From an uncultured Acidobacteriota bacterium (lineage in GTDB: Bacteria > Acidobacteriota > Vicinamibacteria > Fen-336), in assembly GCA_963720545.1 (NCBI GenBank), contig OY970399.1:2112001-2176000 (forward strand): a stretch of DNA of 64,000 nt, given 5' to 3'. Each line of letters begins with the position of its first letter. Position 1 is the first letter of the stretch. Made by a program: the position numbers and the translations under genes. The notes under the pieces are model-generated. The model did not search any database and had not been told where the DNA came from. It saw only the letters and a program-made list of their open reading frames with translations. This document shows positions 28,260-38,107 of the stretch, one piece after another.

Positions 28260-30862
28260 ACCTCGTCGACCCGGCCGCCGCGATCCTCGCCGCGCTGGTC
28301 CTGTTCCTCGCTCCCGGCATCCTGTTCCTCGCCTGGCTCGAGCCCGCCGACAAGGCGGACATGGAACCGTGCGAACGCCTGTTCCTCGCCGCCGCCGCCG
28401 GCGCCTGCGCCGCGGCGTGGAGCGCGCTGCTGTTCGCGGAGCTAGGGATTTTTTCGCTGCCGCGCTGCGCGGCTGCCGTCGGCGCCGCCTGCCTTGCCGG
28501 CGCCTTGCTGGCAAGGCGCCTGCTCAGTTCGCCGTGGCGTGGGGCGCGCGCGTCGCGCGTGTCGGCGCTCGCGATAGCGCTGCTGGCGCTCGCCTTCGGC
28601 CTGCAGGCGCGGCCGTCGGAATACCTTTTCGGCGGCCGCGATCCCGGCACCTACATCGCCGCGATGGGCCAGATAGCGAGGACCGGCGCCATCGCGTACG
28701 TGGACCCGGTGGTGCTCGCCATCCCCGCGCAGGACCGCAGCCTCTTCTTCCGCGGCCCCGGCAGCGGGGAGTTCTCGTCGGCGCGCTTCATGGGGTTTCC
28801 GCTGCAGAGCCCGGAGACGGCGCGGGTCTTTCCGGAGTTCTTCCACCTGTTCCCGGCGTTCGGCGCTTATCTCTTCCAGGCGATGGGGGTGCGCGGCGCG
28901 CTCGCGACCCCGGCGGTCTTCGGCATCCTCGGCACGCTCGCGTTCTTCTTCGCGCTGCGGCGCATCTTCGACGCCGCGGTGGCGGCGCTCGCCACCGCGC
29001 TGCTCGCTCTCTCCGTCATCGAGGTGTGGTTCGCGCGCTACCCGGTGTCGGAAACGCTGTCGCAGTTCCTGATCTTCCTCGGCCTCTTGTGCGTGGCGCG
29101 CTGGGAAGAGCGGGGCGCGGCGCCGTTCGGCTTCCTCGCCGGTGCCTCGCTCGGCCTGTCGCTGCTGGTGCGCATCGACAGCGTCCTGATCGTGCTGCCG
29201 CTCGCCTTGTACGTCGTGATCCGCAAGGCGCACCGCGACCTCGACGGGCGCACCAGCCTCTCGCTGCTGCTGCCGTTCGCGGCGCTGGCGCTGCACGCAG
29301 CCCTTCACGGCATGCTGTTCTCGCGCAAGTACGTCCTCAACATCGCCTCGCGCCCCTACTGGCAGCTGCCGCTCTTCGTGTGGTTGGTGCTCGGAGCCCT
29401 GGGCGCCGCTGGCGCGTGGGCGGCGTTTCGTTTCGGCCCGCAGCTGGTGCGCCTTCTCGAAGAGCATGGCCGCGCGCTGCGCCGCACGGCGAGCGTGGTG
29501 TTCGGCGTACTCGCGCTGTACGCCTATGCGGTCCGGCCGCAGTTGTCCGCGTGGGCGCTGGCCGACGGCAACCCGTGGCCGCAACCGATCACGATGCTGC
29601 CGCCGCTGGCGCTTTGGTTCCTCGGCGGCCTCGGCTTCCACCGCCTCGCGGCGCACGACGCGCAGTCTTTCTACCGGCTCGGCTGGTTCCTCTCGCCGCT
29701 GGTGCTGGCGCTCGCCACCTGCGGGCTGCTGCTGCTCTGTCACCGCTTCGCCAGGCGGCAGCTGCTGTTCACGCTGCTCTCGGTGTCTTTTGCGCTCTTC
29801 TACTTCTACAAGATGCGCATCTGGAACGACTACTACTTCGCGCTGCGGCGCTTCGTGCCGGTGATCGCACCGGCGGCGTGCGCCTTCGCGGCCTACGCGC
29901 TCCTGAGCCTCTACCGCGAGCGCCGCCACTGGCGCATCCCGGCGGCGGTGCTCGCCGCGCTGTCGCTGTGGCTGGTGGGCCGGGAGATGGCGCCGATCGC
30001 GCGCTTCGTGGACTGGCGCAACTCGGTGCGCTTCACCGACGAGGTCGCGCGGCGCTTTTCGAAGGACGACGTCGTGGTGTTCGAGCAGCGTGCCAGCATC
30101 CACCTGCTGTCGCTGCCGCTCTGGGCGATCCACGGCATGAACGTCCTCGAGCTGGCGCGCTTCAACCCGGATCCTGCGCAGCTCGACCACCTGATCGCGG
30201 CGTGGCGCGGCGGCTCCACCTACCGCAACATCTACTTCGTGAAGACCTATCGCACCAGCCTCTGCGGCGTGTTCCTGCAGGATGCCGGCACCTATTCCTT
30301 CGGCACGCTCGAGTGGGAGCGCGCCGAGGGGCGCAAGCCGCAAAAGGCCGAGCCGCGCGCGTTGCGCTTCACCGTGCAGCGGGTGGTGGCGCCGGGCGAG
30401 CTCAACGTGCCCGCCCTCGACAGCATCGACATCGGCGGCTCCGACGATTTCCAGGTGTCGGGCTTCTTCAACAAGGAGCTGGCCGAGGGCAGCCGCTCCT
30501 ACCGCTGGACCGGCGCCTGCGCCACCGTGTACGCGCCGGGGATGCGCGCCGGCGGCACGGTCACGATCACCGCCACCGGCGACAAGCGGCCGCCGGCGCG
30601 CGCGGCGCGGGTTTACGTGTCGGTGGGCGGCAAGCCGCTCGGCGACTTCGCTGCCGCCCCCGGCTGGGGCGAGCACAGCTTCACCGTGCCACAGGATCTC
30701 GGCGCGGGCGCGCCGCTCCTGCGGCTCGACGTGCGCGACCCGCGCGGACGCGACGGCACCTTCCGTCCCGAGAACGTGCTCGCGGGTTCGCAGGACGATC
30801 GCGACCTCGGCATCGCCGTGGACCGCATCCGCTTCACGGCTGCTACCATCGGCCAAAAATGA
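28256..30862 (+). CDS. GT-C-like (ArnT/PMT-type) membrane glycosyltransferase with C-terminal soluble domain
   Basis: GGRDPGTY loop, WFARYPVSE, RID, LRRFVPV; many TMs; C-terminal YRWT...DDRDLGIAVDRI. Confidence 0.75.
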   Translation: MNLVDPAAAILAALVLFLAPGILFLAWLEPADKADMEPCERLFLAAAAGACAAAWSALLFAELGIFSLPRCAAAVGAACLAGALLARRLLSSPWRGARASRVSALAIALLALAFGLQARPSEYLFGGRDPGTYIAAMGQIARTGAIAYVDPVVLAIPAQDRSLFFRGPGSGEFSSARFMGFPLQSPETARVFPEFFHLFPAFGAYLFQAMGVRGALATPAVFGILGTLAFFFALRRIFDAAVAALATALLALSVIEVWFARYPVSETLSQFLIFLGLLCVARWEERGAAPFGFLAGASLGLSLLVRIDSVLIVLPLALYVVIRKAHRDLDGRTSLSLLLPFAALALHAALHGMLFSRKYVLNIASRPYWQLPLFVWLVLGALGAAGAWAAFRFGPQLVRLLEEHGRALRRTASVVFGVLALYAYAVRPQLSAWALADGNPWPQPITMLPPLALWFLGGLGFHRLAAHDAQSFYRLGWFLSPLVLALATCGLLLLCHRFARRQLLFTLLSVSFALFYFYKMRIWNDYYFALRRFVPVIAPAACAFAAYALLSLYRERRHWRIPAAVLAALSLWLVGREMAPIARFVDWRNSVRFTDEVARRFSKDDVVVFEQRASIHLLSLPLWAIHGMNVLELARFNPDPAQLDHLIAAWRGGSTYRNIYFVKTYRTSLCGVFLQDAGTYSFGTLEWERAEGRKPQKAEPRALRFTVQRVVAPGELNVPALDSIDIGGSDDFQVSGFFNKELAEGSRSYRWTGACATVYAPGMRAGGTVTITATGDKRPPARAARVYVSVGGKPLGDFAAAPGWGEHSFTVPQDLGAGAPLLRLDVRDPRGRDGTFRPENVLAGSQDDRDLGIAVDRIRFTAATIGQK

Positions 30863-32073
30863 AGGTGCTGATGGTGACGTCGTCCTATCCGAAATTCCGC
30901 GGCGACGTCACCGCGCCGTTCATCGAGAGCATCGCGCTCGGTGCGGTGGCGCGCGGCCATGCGGTGGACATGGTGCTGCCGTTCCACCCCGACCTGCGGC
31001 GCGAGGCCGACGACCCGGTGCGCTTCTTCCCCTACAAGTACGCGCCGACCCGCGGCCTCAACATCTGGGGCTACGCGCAGAGCCTCGAAGCCGACGTAAA
31101 GCTGAAGAAGAGCGTCTACCTGCTGGCGCCGGTGGTGGCGCGGGCGCTGCGCAAGACGGTCGGCGCGCGACTGAGCGCAGAACGCTACGACGTGGTGCAC
31201 CACCACTGGGTCATCCCGAACGCCGGGCTCGTCGCCGACCTGGTCGAAGCGCGCGGCGTGCCGCAGATCGTGAGCCTGCACGGCAGCGACGTTGCGATCG
31301 CCGAGCGCTTCGCGCCGGCGCGCGCGCTCGCGAAGTCGGCGCTGCGCAGCGCCGGTGCCATAACCGGCTGCAGTGGCGACCTGACGCGCCGCGCCATCGC
31401 CCTCGGCGCGCCCGCCAACCGCAGCCGCACCATTCCATACGGCGTCGACACCGAGGCGTTCTCGCCCGAGCGCGGCGCCGCGGCCGCGTGGAAGGAACGT
31501 TTGCGGCTGCCCCGCGCCACGTTGCTGGTGCTGGCCGTCGGCCGCCTGGTCGAGAAGAAAGGCTTCCGCCACCTCGTCGATGCCGCCGCGCGCACCCGCG
31601 GCATCTACGTCGCGATCGCCGGCGACGGCGACCTGCGCGGAGCATTGCAGCGCCAGATCGACGCGACCGGAGCGCCGGTGAAACTGCTCGGCGCGCTGCA
31701 GCGCGAAACCCTCGCCGGGGCGATGGCGAGCGCCGACGTCGTGGCGGTGCCATCGGTCGTCGATCGCTCCGGCAATGTGGACGGCCTGCCGAACACGCTG
31801 CTCGAGGCCCTGGCCTGCGGACGCGCCGTGATCGCGTCGCGGGTCGCGGGCATCCCCGACACCGTGGACGACGGCCGCACCGCCCTCCTGGTCGAGCCGG
31901 GCGATCCACTGGCGCTTTCCGTGGCGCTCGCCCGGCTGCGCGACCATCCCGAGGAACGCCGCGTGCTTGGCTCCGCCGCACGCTCGCTCGCCACGTCGAA
32001 GCTGACCTGGCCGGCGGCGGCCCTCGCCTTCGAGGAGTGCTATGCCTTCGCGCAAGCGTTACACGCCGGCTAG
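30859..32073 (+). CDS. GT4 glycosyltransferase
   Basis: MKVLMVTSSYP, HHHWVIP, VGRLVEKKG, DGLPNTLLEALACG. Confidence 0.92.
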   Translation: MKVLMVTSSYPKFRGDVTAPFIESIALGAVARGHAVDMVLPFHPDLRREADDPVRFFPYKYAPTRGLNIWGYAQSLEADVKLKKSVYLLAPVVARALRKTVGARLSAERYDVVHHHWVIPNAGLVADLVEARGVPQIVSLHGSDVAIAERFAPARALAKSALRSAGAITGCSGDLTRRAIALGAPANRSRTIPYGVDTEAFSPERGAAAAWKERLRLPRATLLVLAVGRLVEKKGFRHLVDAAARTRGIYVAIAGDGDLRGALQRQIDATGAPVKLLGALQRETLAGAMASADVVAVPSVVDRSGNVDGLPNTLLEALACGRAVIASRVAGIPDTVDDGRTALLVEPGDPLALSVALARLRDHPEERRVLGSAARSLATSKLTWPAAALAFEECYAFAQALHAG

Positions 32074-33265
32074 GGGCGCGCAGAACCGCATCGTCGATCC
32101 GCTCGAGCGCGCCGCGGTGTGGGCTGCCGGCCTGCCGCTGCGCGCCGCTGCGCTCGCGGCACCCCGACCCGAACCGCTCCCCTTCGCGCCCGCCGCGCTG
32201 CGCGAGGTGCTGGTGCTGCGGCTCGACCGCATCGGTGACGTCACCATGACGCTGCCGGCGCTTTCCGACCTGCGCGCAGCCCTGCCCGGCGCGCGCATCC
32301 GCCTCGCCGTCGGCGAGTGGAGCGCCGAGATCGCGCGGCGCGCGCCGGTGGACGAGCTGCTGCTGTGGAACGCGCCGTGGGTCGGGCGTGGCGGCGAACG
32401 CACCCTCTCGTGGCGGCAGACCGTGATGCGCGCCAGGGCACTGCGCGGCAGCGTCGACCTCGCCCTCGACTTGTCCTGCGATCCGCGCGCCAACTACCTG
32501 CTGCGCGCCACCGGTGCGCCGCGCCGCGTCGGCTACGCCAACAGCGGTTTCGGCTCTGCGCTCACCCACATCCTGCCGCTCGACGAAACCGTCTCGTGGG
32601 CCGAGGAATCGCGGCGCGCGGTCGCCGCCATCACCGGCAAGGCGGGCAGCGGCGCCTGGCCGCCGCTCGCGTCGCAGGAAGAAATGGCGGCGGCGCGCGC
32701 GCGCCTCGCCGCGGCGGGCTTGGTACCTGGAAAGCCGATCGTCGCCTTGCACCCGAGCGGCGGGCGTTCGATCAAGCAGTGGGCGCTCGACAACTGGAGT
32801 GCCGTCGCGCGGCGGCTCGCGCAGGAGCACGGCGCGCGGTTCGTCCTCACCGGTTCGTCGGGCGACACCGGCCTCACGGCGCCCCTCGCCGCGGCGCTCG
32901 GCGCGGCTGCATGGGACGCCGCCGGCACCCTCACGCTCGCCGAGACTTTGGCGGTGCTGGCGGTCGTGGATCTGGTGCTCTCTCCCGACACCGGCCCGAT
33001 GCACCTCGCCTGTGCGCTCGACACGCCGTCGGTGAGCGTTTTCGGGCCATCCGACCCGCGCCGCTACTTCGCGGGCGGCAGCGGCGCCGCGGGCACGCGC
33101 CATGTTGTCGTCAGCGCTGCGTTGTGGTGCGCGCCGTGCAACCAGATCCGCCGGCCGCCGGCCGAGTGTCTTGCGCCACCGCAGCCGGAGTGCCTGCAGC
33201 TGGTGAGTGTCGACGCCGTCTACAATGCGGCTTCCCGCCTGCTGGCGCCGGCGGCTTTTCCTTAA
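32042..33265 (+). CDS. GT9 (heptosyltransferase-like) glycosyltransferase
   Basis: LRLDRIGDV, HPSG...KQW, PDTGPMHLA, VFGPSDP, CAPC. Confidence 0.9.
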   Translation: MPSRKRYTPARGAQNRIVDPLERAAVWAAGLPLRAAALAAPRPEPLPFAPAALREVLVLRLDRIGDVTMTLPALSDLRAALPGARIRLAVGEWSAEIARRAPVDELLLWNAPWVGRGGERTLSWRQTVMRARALRGSVDLALDLSCDPRANYLLRATGAPRRVGYANSGFGSALTHILPLDETVSWAEESRRAVAAITGKAGSGAWPPLASQEEMAAARARLAAAGLVPGKPIVALHPSGGRSIKQWALDNWSAVARRLAQEHGARFVLTGSSGDTGLTAPLAAALGAAAWDAAGTLTLAETLAVLAVVDLVLSPDTGPMHLACALDTPSVSVFGPSDPRRYFAGGSGAAGTRHVVVSAALWCAPCNQIRRPPAECLAPPQPECLQLVSVDAVYNAASRLLAPAAFP

Positions 33266-33274
33266 GACCAGGCC

Positions 33275-35200
33275 GTGACCACACTGATCTTCGTCAGGGA
33301 CGTGCTGCCAGCGCCTGCCGCGGGAACGCGCATCGCTGTCCTCGACCCGTCCCTTGCCGTAGAGGCGCGCGGCGACGCGTTTTCGGTCCCCGAGAGCCTG
33401 CTGCAGGACGCCGATGCCATCGAGGAAGCGGCCGAAGCGTGGACCAAGGACTTCGGCCGGCGCGCGCAGGTCGACGGCGCGCCGCTCAAGGGCCTGCTGC
33501 GCGTCAAGGGCGTGCCGCTCTGGTATTTCGCCGAGCTCTACCTGCACCACTCGACGGACGCGACGCGCCACGTGCGCGTTCTGGAACTGTTCGCGCGCAC
33601 GCTGGAGCGCGAGCGGCCGGACGAAGTGCGCGCCGCCGGGCTTGCGGGCGACGAGGCCCTGCTGCTGCAGCGGCTCTGTGAGGCGCAGCGCATCGCCTTC
33701 AAGGGAGCGCTGCCACCGCGCGTGCCGCGGCCTGCGAAGGCAGCGCGCGCGAGCCGCTGGAACAACGCCAAGACGACGCTGTCGGCGTGGAAGCACGCCG
33801 CCGCCGGCGGCATCCCGGCACGCAGCGCGGCGCCCGGCCGCCGGCCGGTGTTGTTCCTCTCGCACGCCGCTTTCTGGCAGAGCGACGATCCCGCGAACCC
33901 GGGCACCGCCAGCGAGCACTACTTCGGCCCGCTCATTCCCGCGCTGCGTGCCGATCCGCAGCTCGAGTGCGTGGTGGTCGCGGTCGGGCCGCAGGAAGCG
34001 CACCGCAAGCGCGGGCTGCGCCACCGCCTGGGCGACTGGATCCGCCCCAATCGCGCCCGGGCCGACTACGTGCCGGTGAACCGTTTCACCACGCGGCGCG
34101 TGGCGCGCGCCACTGCACGAGCGAGTCGCGAGATCCGCCACGCCTGGCGGCGGCTGCGCAAGGATCCGTCGCTGCACGAGGCCTTCAGCCACCGCGAGGT
34201 GCGCTTTTCGGACCTGTGCGCCGAGGACCTCGCCGCGACCATGCTGCTGCAGCTGCCGTGGGCGGTGCGCTCGATGGAGGAGACGGCGGAGATCCTCGAA
34301 TGGGCGAAGCCCGCGGCGCTCGTGCTGTACGCCGAGTCGAGCGGCTGGGGCCGCGCGGCGCTCGCGGCGGCGCGCGCCGCGGCGGTGCAAAGCGTCGCAA
34401 TCCAGCACGGCATCCTCTACCCGCACTACTTTTCCTACCGGCACGAGGCGGACGAAGCCGAGTGCCCCATCCCCGACGTCACCGCAGTGTTCGGCGAGGA
34501 AGCGAAGCGCCTGCTGGTGACGATGGGCCGTTATCCGCCGGAGCGCCTGGTGGTGACCGGCAGCCCGAAGTTCGACGCGCTCCTGGAACGCGCGCGCCGC
34601 CTCAAGGCGACCCTCATCCGCGAGCGCTTCGGCATCGACGACGGCGACGCGCTGCTGACGGTGGCAAGCCGCTTCCGCCCGATCCGCGACACCCACCAGG
34701 CGCTCGGCTCGGCCTTCGCGCGGCTGGTGCGCGCGGTCGAGTCGATGCAGGGCGTGGCGGCGCTCGTGAAGCCGCACCCCGCCGAACCCGACGAGCCCTA
34801 CGAGACGGTGCTGAAGCAGCTGGGCGCGCGCCACGTGGACGTCGTCACCGCCAGGGAAAATCTCGGCGAGCTGCTGGTCGCGAGCGATGCGCTGGTGACG
34901 GTCGAATCGCTGGCGGCGATCGAGGCGCTGGTGGTGCGCCGGCCCGTCATCGTCCTCAACATGCCGACCAACCTGCGCGCGCTGGTGCAATCGGGCGCGG
35001 CCCTGGGGGTGAACGCGGGCGAGGACCCGAGGCCGGCGCTCGAGAAGGTGCTGTTCGATTCCGACACCCGCGCGCACCTCGACATCGCCCGCCGGCGCTA
35101 CCTCGAAGAGGTGGCTTGCGGGGTGGACGGCAAGGCCACGGAGAGGCTCCTGGAGCTGATCCGCAAGACGGCTATAAGCCCTTCCGTGATACCGTCTTAG
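33275..35200 (+). CDS. GT-B fold protein, putative nonulosonate transferase (CDP-glycerol transferase / capsule synthesis-like C-terminus)
   Basis: IQHG, VTGSPKFD, VKPHPAE, ESLAAIEAL motifs; directly upstream of neuB. Confidence 0.6.
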   Translation: MTTLIFVRDVLPAPAAGTRIAVLDPSLAVEARGDAFSVPESLLQDADAIEEAAEAWTKDFGRRAQVDGAPLKGLLRVKGVPLWYFAELYLHHSTDATRHVRVLELFARTLERERPDEVRAAGLAGDEALLLQRLCEAQRIAFKGALPPRVPRPAKAARASRWNNAKTTLSAWKHAAAGGIPARSAAPGRRPVLFLSHAAFWQSDDPANPGTASEHYFGPLIPALRADPQLECVVVAVGPQEAHRKRGLRHRLGDWIRPNRARADYVPVNRFTTRRVARATARASREIRHAWRRLRKDPSLHEAFSHREVRFSDLCAEDLAATMLLQLPWAVRSMEETAEILEWAKPAALVLYAESSGWGRAALAAARAAAVQSVAIQHGILYPHYFSYRHEADEAECPIPDVTAVFGEEAKRLLVTMGRYPPERLVVTGSPKFDALLERARRLKATLIRERFGIDDGDALLTVASRFRPIRDTHQALGSAFARLVRAVESMQGVAALVKPHPAEPDEPYETVLKQLGARHVDVVTARENLGELLVASDALVTVESLAAIEALVVRRPVIVLNMPTNLRALVQSGAALGVNAGEDPRPALEKVLFDSDTRAHLDIARRRYLEEVACGVDGKATERLLELIRKTAISPSVIPS

Positions 35201-35201
35201 G

Positions 35202-36239
35202 GTGATTCCGACCCCCACTGTCGCGGTCGGCGCGAGGCGCCTTGGCGAGGGCCAGCCGTGCTTCGTGCTCGCCGAAGTCGCCTCGGCTCACGGCGGCTCG
35301 GTCGACGCCGCCCTGAAGATGCTGGACGCCGCATTCAAGATGGGCGCCGACGGCATCAAGTTCCAGGTGTTCCGCTCGGACGACCTCGTGATCCATCGCC
35401 ATCCGGGCCGCAAGGACTTCGACACCATCGAACTGGCAGCGAAGGAATGGAAGAAGGTGCTGCGCCAGGCGAAGGCCTCCGGGCTGACCCTGTTCGTCGA
35501 GGCGTTCGACAAGCCGTCGTTGCTGCTGGCAGCCGAAGAAGGCGCCGAGGCCTACAAGATCCACACCACCGACATGGAGAACCCCGACTTCATCCGCGCG
35601 GTCGGCGAAGCCGGCCAGCCGGTGTTCTTCGCCACGGGCGGCGTGGCCGAAGAGGTGGTGCGCGAGGCGCTGGCGCTCGCCGGTGCCGTGCCCGGCGGGC
35701 TGCTGCATGGCTTCCAGACGTTTCCGACGCCGATCGAGGAGATCCGCTACCGCGAGCTCGCCGCGATGCGCGAGCGCTACCGCGTGCCGGTCGGCTTCCT
35801 CGACCACACCGATGGCGGCAGCGCCTTCGCGCTGGTGGCGCCGGCGCTCGCGGTTTCCTACGGAGCGGACCTCGTCGAGAAGCACTTCACGCTCGACCGC
35901 TCGGAGAAGGGCTTCGACTACCAGTCGTCGTTGAACCCCGAGGATTTCTACCGCATGGTCGAGCTGCTGCGCCAGGCCGAACGCGCGCGCGGCGACGACC
36001 AGCCGGCCGGCGGCAGCGAAGACGCGCGCCGCTACCACCGCATGATGGCGCGCTTCGTGGTGGCGAAGGGCCTGATCCCGCGGGGCAAGGTGCTGACCGG
36101 CGAGATGCTCGCCTTCAAGCGCACCGACGTGCGCTTCGAGCCCGGCTTCGCGCCGCGCGAGTCCGACCGCATCATCGGCCGCCGCGCCACGCGGCCCATC
36201 CAGGCCGACGAGACGATCCTCGAGGAAATGCTCGAATGA
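35202..36239 (+). CDS. N-acetylneuraminate synthase family protein (divergent NeuB/SpsE)
   Basis: GADGIKFQ, DHT, VEKHFTLDR, C-terminal SAF/antifreeze-like domain. Confidence 0.88.
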   Translation: MIPTPTVAVGARRLGEGQPCFVLAEVASAHGGSVDAALKMLDAAFKMGADGIKFQVFRSDDLVIHRHPGRKDFDTIELAAKEWKKVLRQAKASGLTLFVEAFDKPSLLLAAEEGAEAYKIHTTDMENPDFIRAVGEAGQPVFFATGGVAEEVVREALALAGAVPGGLLHGFQTFPTPIEEIRYRELAAMRERYRVPVGFLDHTDGGSAFALVAPALAVSYGADLVEKHFTLDRSEKGFDYQSSLNPEDFYRMVELLRQAERARGDDQPAGGSEDARRYHRMMARFVVAKGLIPRGKVLTGEMLAFKRTDVRFEPGFAPRESDRIIGRRATRPIQADETILEEMLE

Positions 36240-37045
36240 GCAGCACCTTCGGCTTCGACGAGCCGCGGGTCGTGGCGATCGTCACCGCGCGCATGGCGAG
36301 CGCGCGCTTCCCGGGCAAGGCGCTCGTGGACCTCGGCGGGCGGCCGCTGCTCGAAGTGCTGCTGACGCGCATCGCGTCCCTGCCCTGTCTCGACAGCGTG
36401 GCGCTCGCCACCTCGACGAACGCCGAGAACACCGTGCTCGTGGACATCGCGCGCCGCCTCGGCGTGCCGGCATTCCAGGGCGACGAGGACGACGTGCTGC
36501 GCCGCACCATCGACTGCGCGCACCACATGCGCGCCGACCACGTGGTGCGGGTGACGGGCGACAACCCGTTGACCGACCTCGGCACTGTCGACCAGCTGGT
36601 GGCGATGCACCTGCGCAGCGGCTCGGAATACACCTACGTGCCCGGCCCGGCGCTGCTCATGGGCATCCTGCCGGAGGTCATCGCCACCTCGGCGCTCGAG
36701 CGCTCGTGGGAGCGCGGCGACGCGCGCCACCGCTCGGAACTCGTCACGCTCTACATCAAGGAGCATCCCGCCGAATTCCGCATCCGCACCGCCGAGCTGG
36801 CGCCGGAACTCAACAAGCCGCACCTGCGGCTCACCGTGGACGAGGCCGCGGACGTCAGCCTGATGCAGGAGGTGTTCCGGCGGCTTGCGGCTCCCGGCAA
36901 GCACCTCGAGACCCGCGACGCCGTGGCGCTGCTGGAGGCGGACAAGGAGCTCGCGAAGACCAACATCGCGCTGCGCCACAAGTCGGCGAACCTGCGCTCG
37001 GTGAGCCTCGACGAGCAGGTGGTTTCCCCGGGCCGGAAGGGCTAG
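36236..37045 (+). CDS. SpsF-like cytidylyltransferase
   Basis: AIVTARMASARFPGKAL, GDEDDVL, VRVTGDNPL, RLTVDE. Confidence 0.88.
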   Translation: MSSTFGFDEPRVVAIVTARMASARFPGKALVDLGGRPLLEVLLTRIASLPCLDSVALATSTNAENTVLVDIARRLGVPAFQGDEDDVLRRTIDCAHHMRADHVVRVTGDNPLTDLGTVDQLVAMHLRSGSEYTYVPGPALLMGILPEVIATSALERSWERGDARHRSELVTLYIKEHPAEFRIRTAELAPELNKPHLRLTVDEAADVSLMQEVFRRLAAPGKHLETRDAVALLEADKELAKTNIALRHKSANLRSVSLDEQVVSPGRKG

Positions 37046-37054
37046 GGCGCTTCG

Positions 37055-38107
37055 GTGCAGCGCAGGTTCGAGGTCGCGGGGCGCAGGGTCGGCCAGGGCG
37101 AGCCTTGCTATGTGGTCGCCGAGGCCGGCGTCAACCACAACTGCGACGTGGCGCTCGGCAGGCAGCTCATCGAGACGGCGCATGCCGCGGGCGCCGACGC
37201 CATCAAGTTCCAGAGCTACACCGCGTCGAAGATCGCGACCCGCGTCGCCCCGCGCTACTGGGTGGAGCCGGACGACCCGCAGGGCACGCAGTGGGACACG
37301 TTCGACAAGCTCGACAAACTCTCCGACGCGGATTTCGCCGCGCTGCTGGCGCACGCGCGCGCCACCGGCATCGTCGCCTTCTCGGCGCCTTTCGACGACG
37401 ACGCCGTCGATCGTCTCGCGGCGCTGGAGGTACCAGCGTTCAAGATCGCCTCCGCCGACCTGACAGCGCACCCGCTCATCGAGCGCGCCGCGCGCGTGGG
37501 CCGTCCCATGATCCTCTCGACCGGCACCAGCACGCTCGCCGAAGTGGAGGAGGCGCTCGAGGTGTGCCGCCGCGCCGGCAACGAACGCGTGCTGCTGCTG
37601 CACTGCACGCTGCGCTATCCGTGCCCGCCCGAAGGCATCAACCTGCGCATGATGGAGCACCTGATGCGCGCCTTTCCCGAGGTGCCGGTGGGGCTCTCCG
37701 ACCACTCGCTTGGCATCAGCGTGCCGCAGGCGGCAGTGGCGCTCGGCGCCTGCATGGTGGAAAAGCACTACACCGTGGACAAGAAGCTGCCCGGCTCGCC
37801 CGACCACCACTTGTCGGTGGACCCGCCCGAACTGCGCGCCATGGTGGACGGCATCCGCACGGTCGAGAAGGCGCTCGGCAAGAGCGTCAAGGGGCTCGAA
37901 CCGCTCGAGCAGGAAGCGTTCCTCTACGCGCGCCGCAGCGTCACCAGCGCGGTCGCGATCGCGAAGGGCGCCACCATCACGCGCGCCATGCTCACCTACA
38001 AGCGGCCCGGCACCGGCATCAGCCCGCGCTTCTTCGACCTGGTCGCGGGCCGCACGGCGCGCGTCGACATCCCGGAAGACACCACCCTCACCTGGGACAT
38101 GGTGTGA
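37055..38107 (+). CDS. neuB: N-acetylneuraminate synthase family protein (NeuB)
   Basis: AEAGVNHN, ADAIKFQ, FKIASAD, ILSTG, LLHCTLRYP, GLSDHS, EKHYT, ARRS. Confidence 0.92.
   Translation: MQRRFEVAGRRVGQGEPCYVVAEAGVNHNCDVALGRQLIETAHAAGADAIKFQSYTASKIATRVAPRYWVEPDDPQGTQWDTFDKLDKLSDADFAALLAHARATGIVAFSAPFDDDAVDRLAALEVPAFKIASADLTAHPLIERAARVGRPMILSTGTSTLAEVEEALEVCRRAGNERVLLLHCTLRYPCPPEGINLRMMEHLMRAFPEVPVGLSDHSLGISVPQAAVALGACMVEKHYTVDKKLPGSPDHHLSVDPPELRAMVDGIRTVEKALGKSVKGLEPLEQEAFLYARRSVTSAVAIAKGATITRAMLTYKRPGTGISPRFFDLVAGRTARVDIPEDTTLTWDMV

Noticed and set aside
32042..32073. 32-nt overlap of GT4 and GT9 as a frameshift or pseudogene sign
   Set aside because: Both proteins have complete motif sets; the GT9 start may simply be slightly uncertain
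31211..35218. 1335-aa minus-strand ORF and similar long antisense ORFs
   Set aside because: Antisense to well-supported GT genes; Arg/Ala/Gly-rich with no recognisable domains
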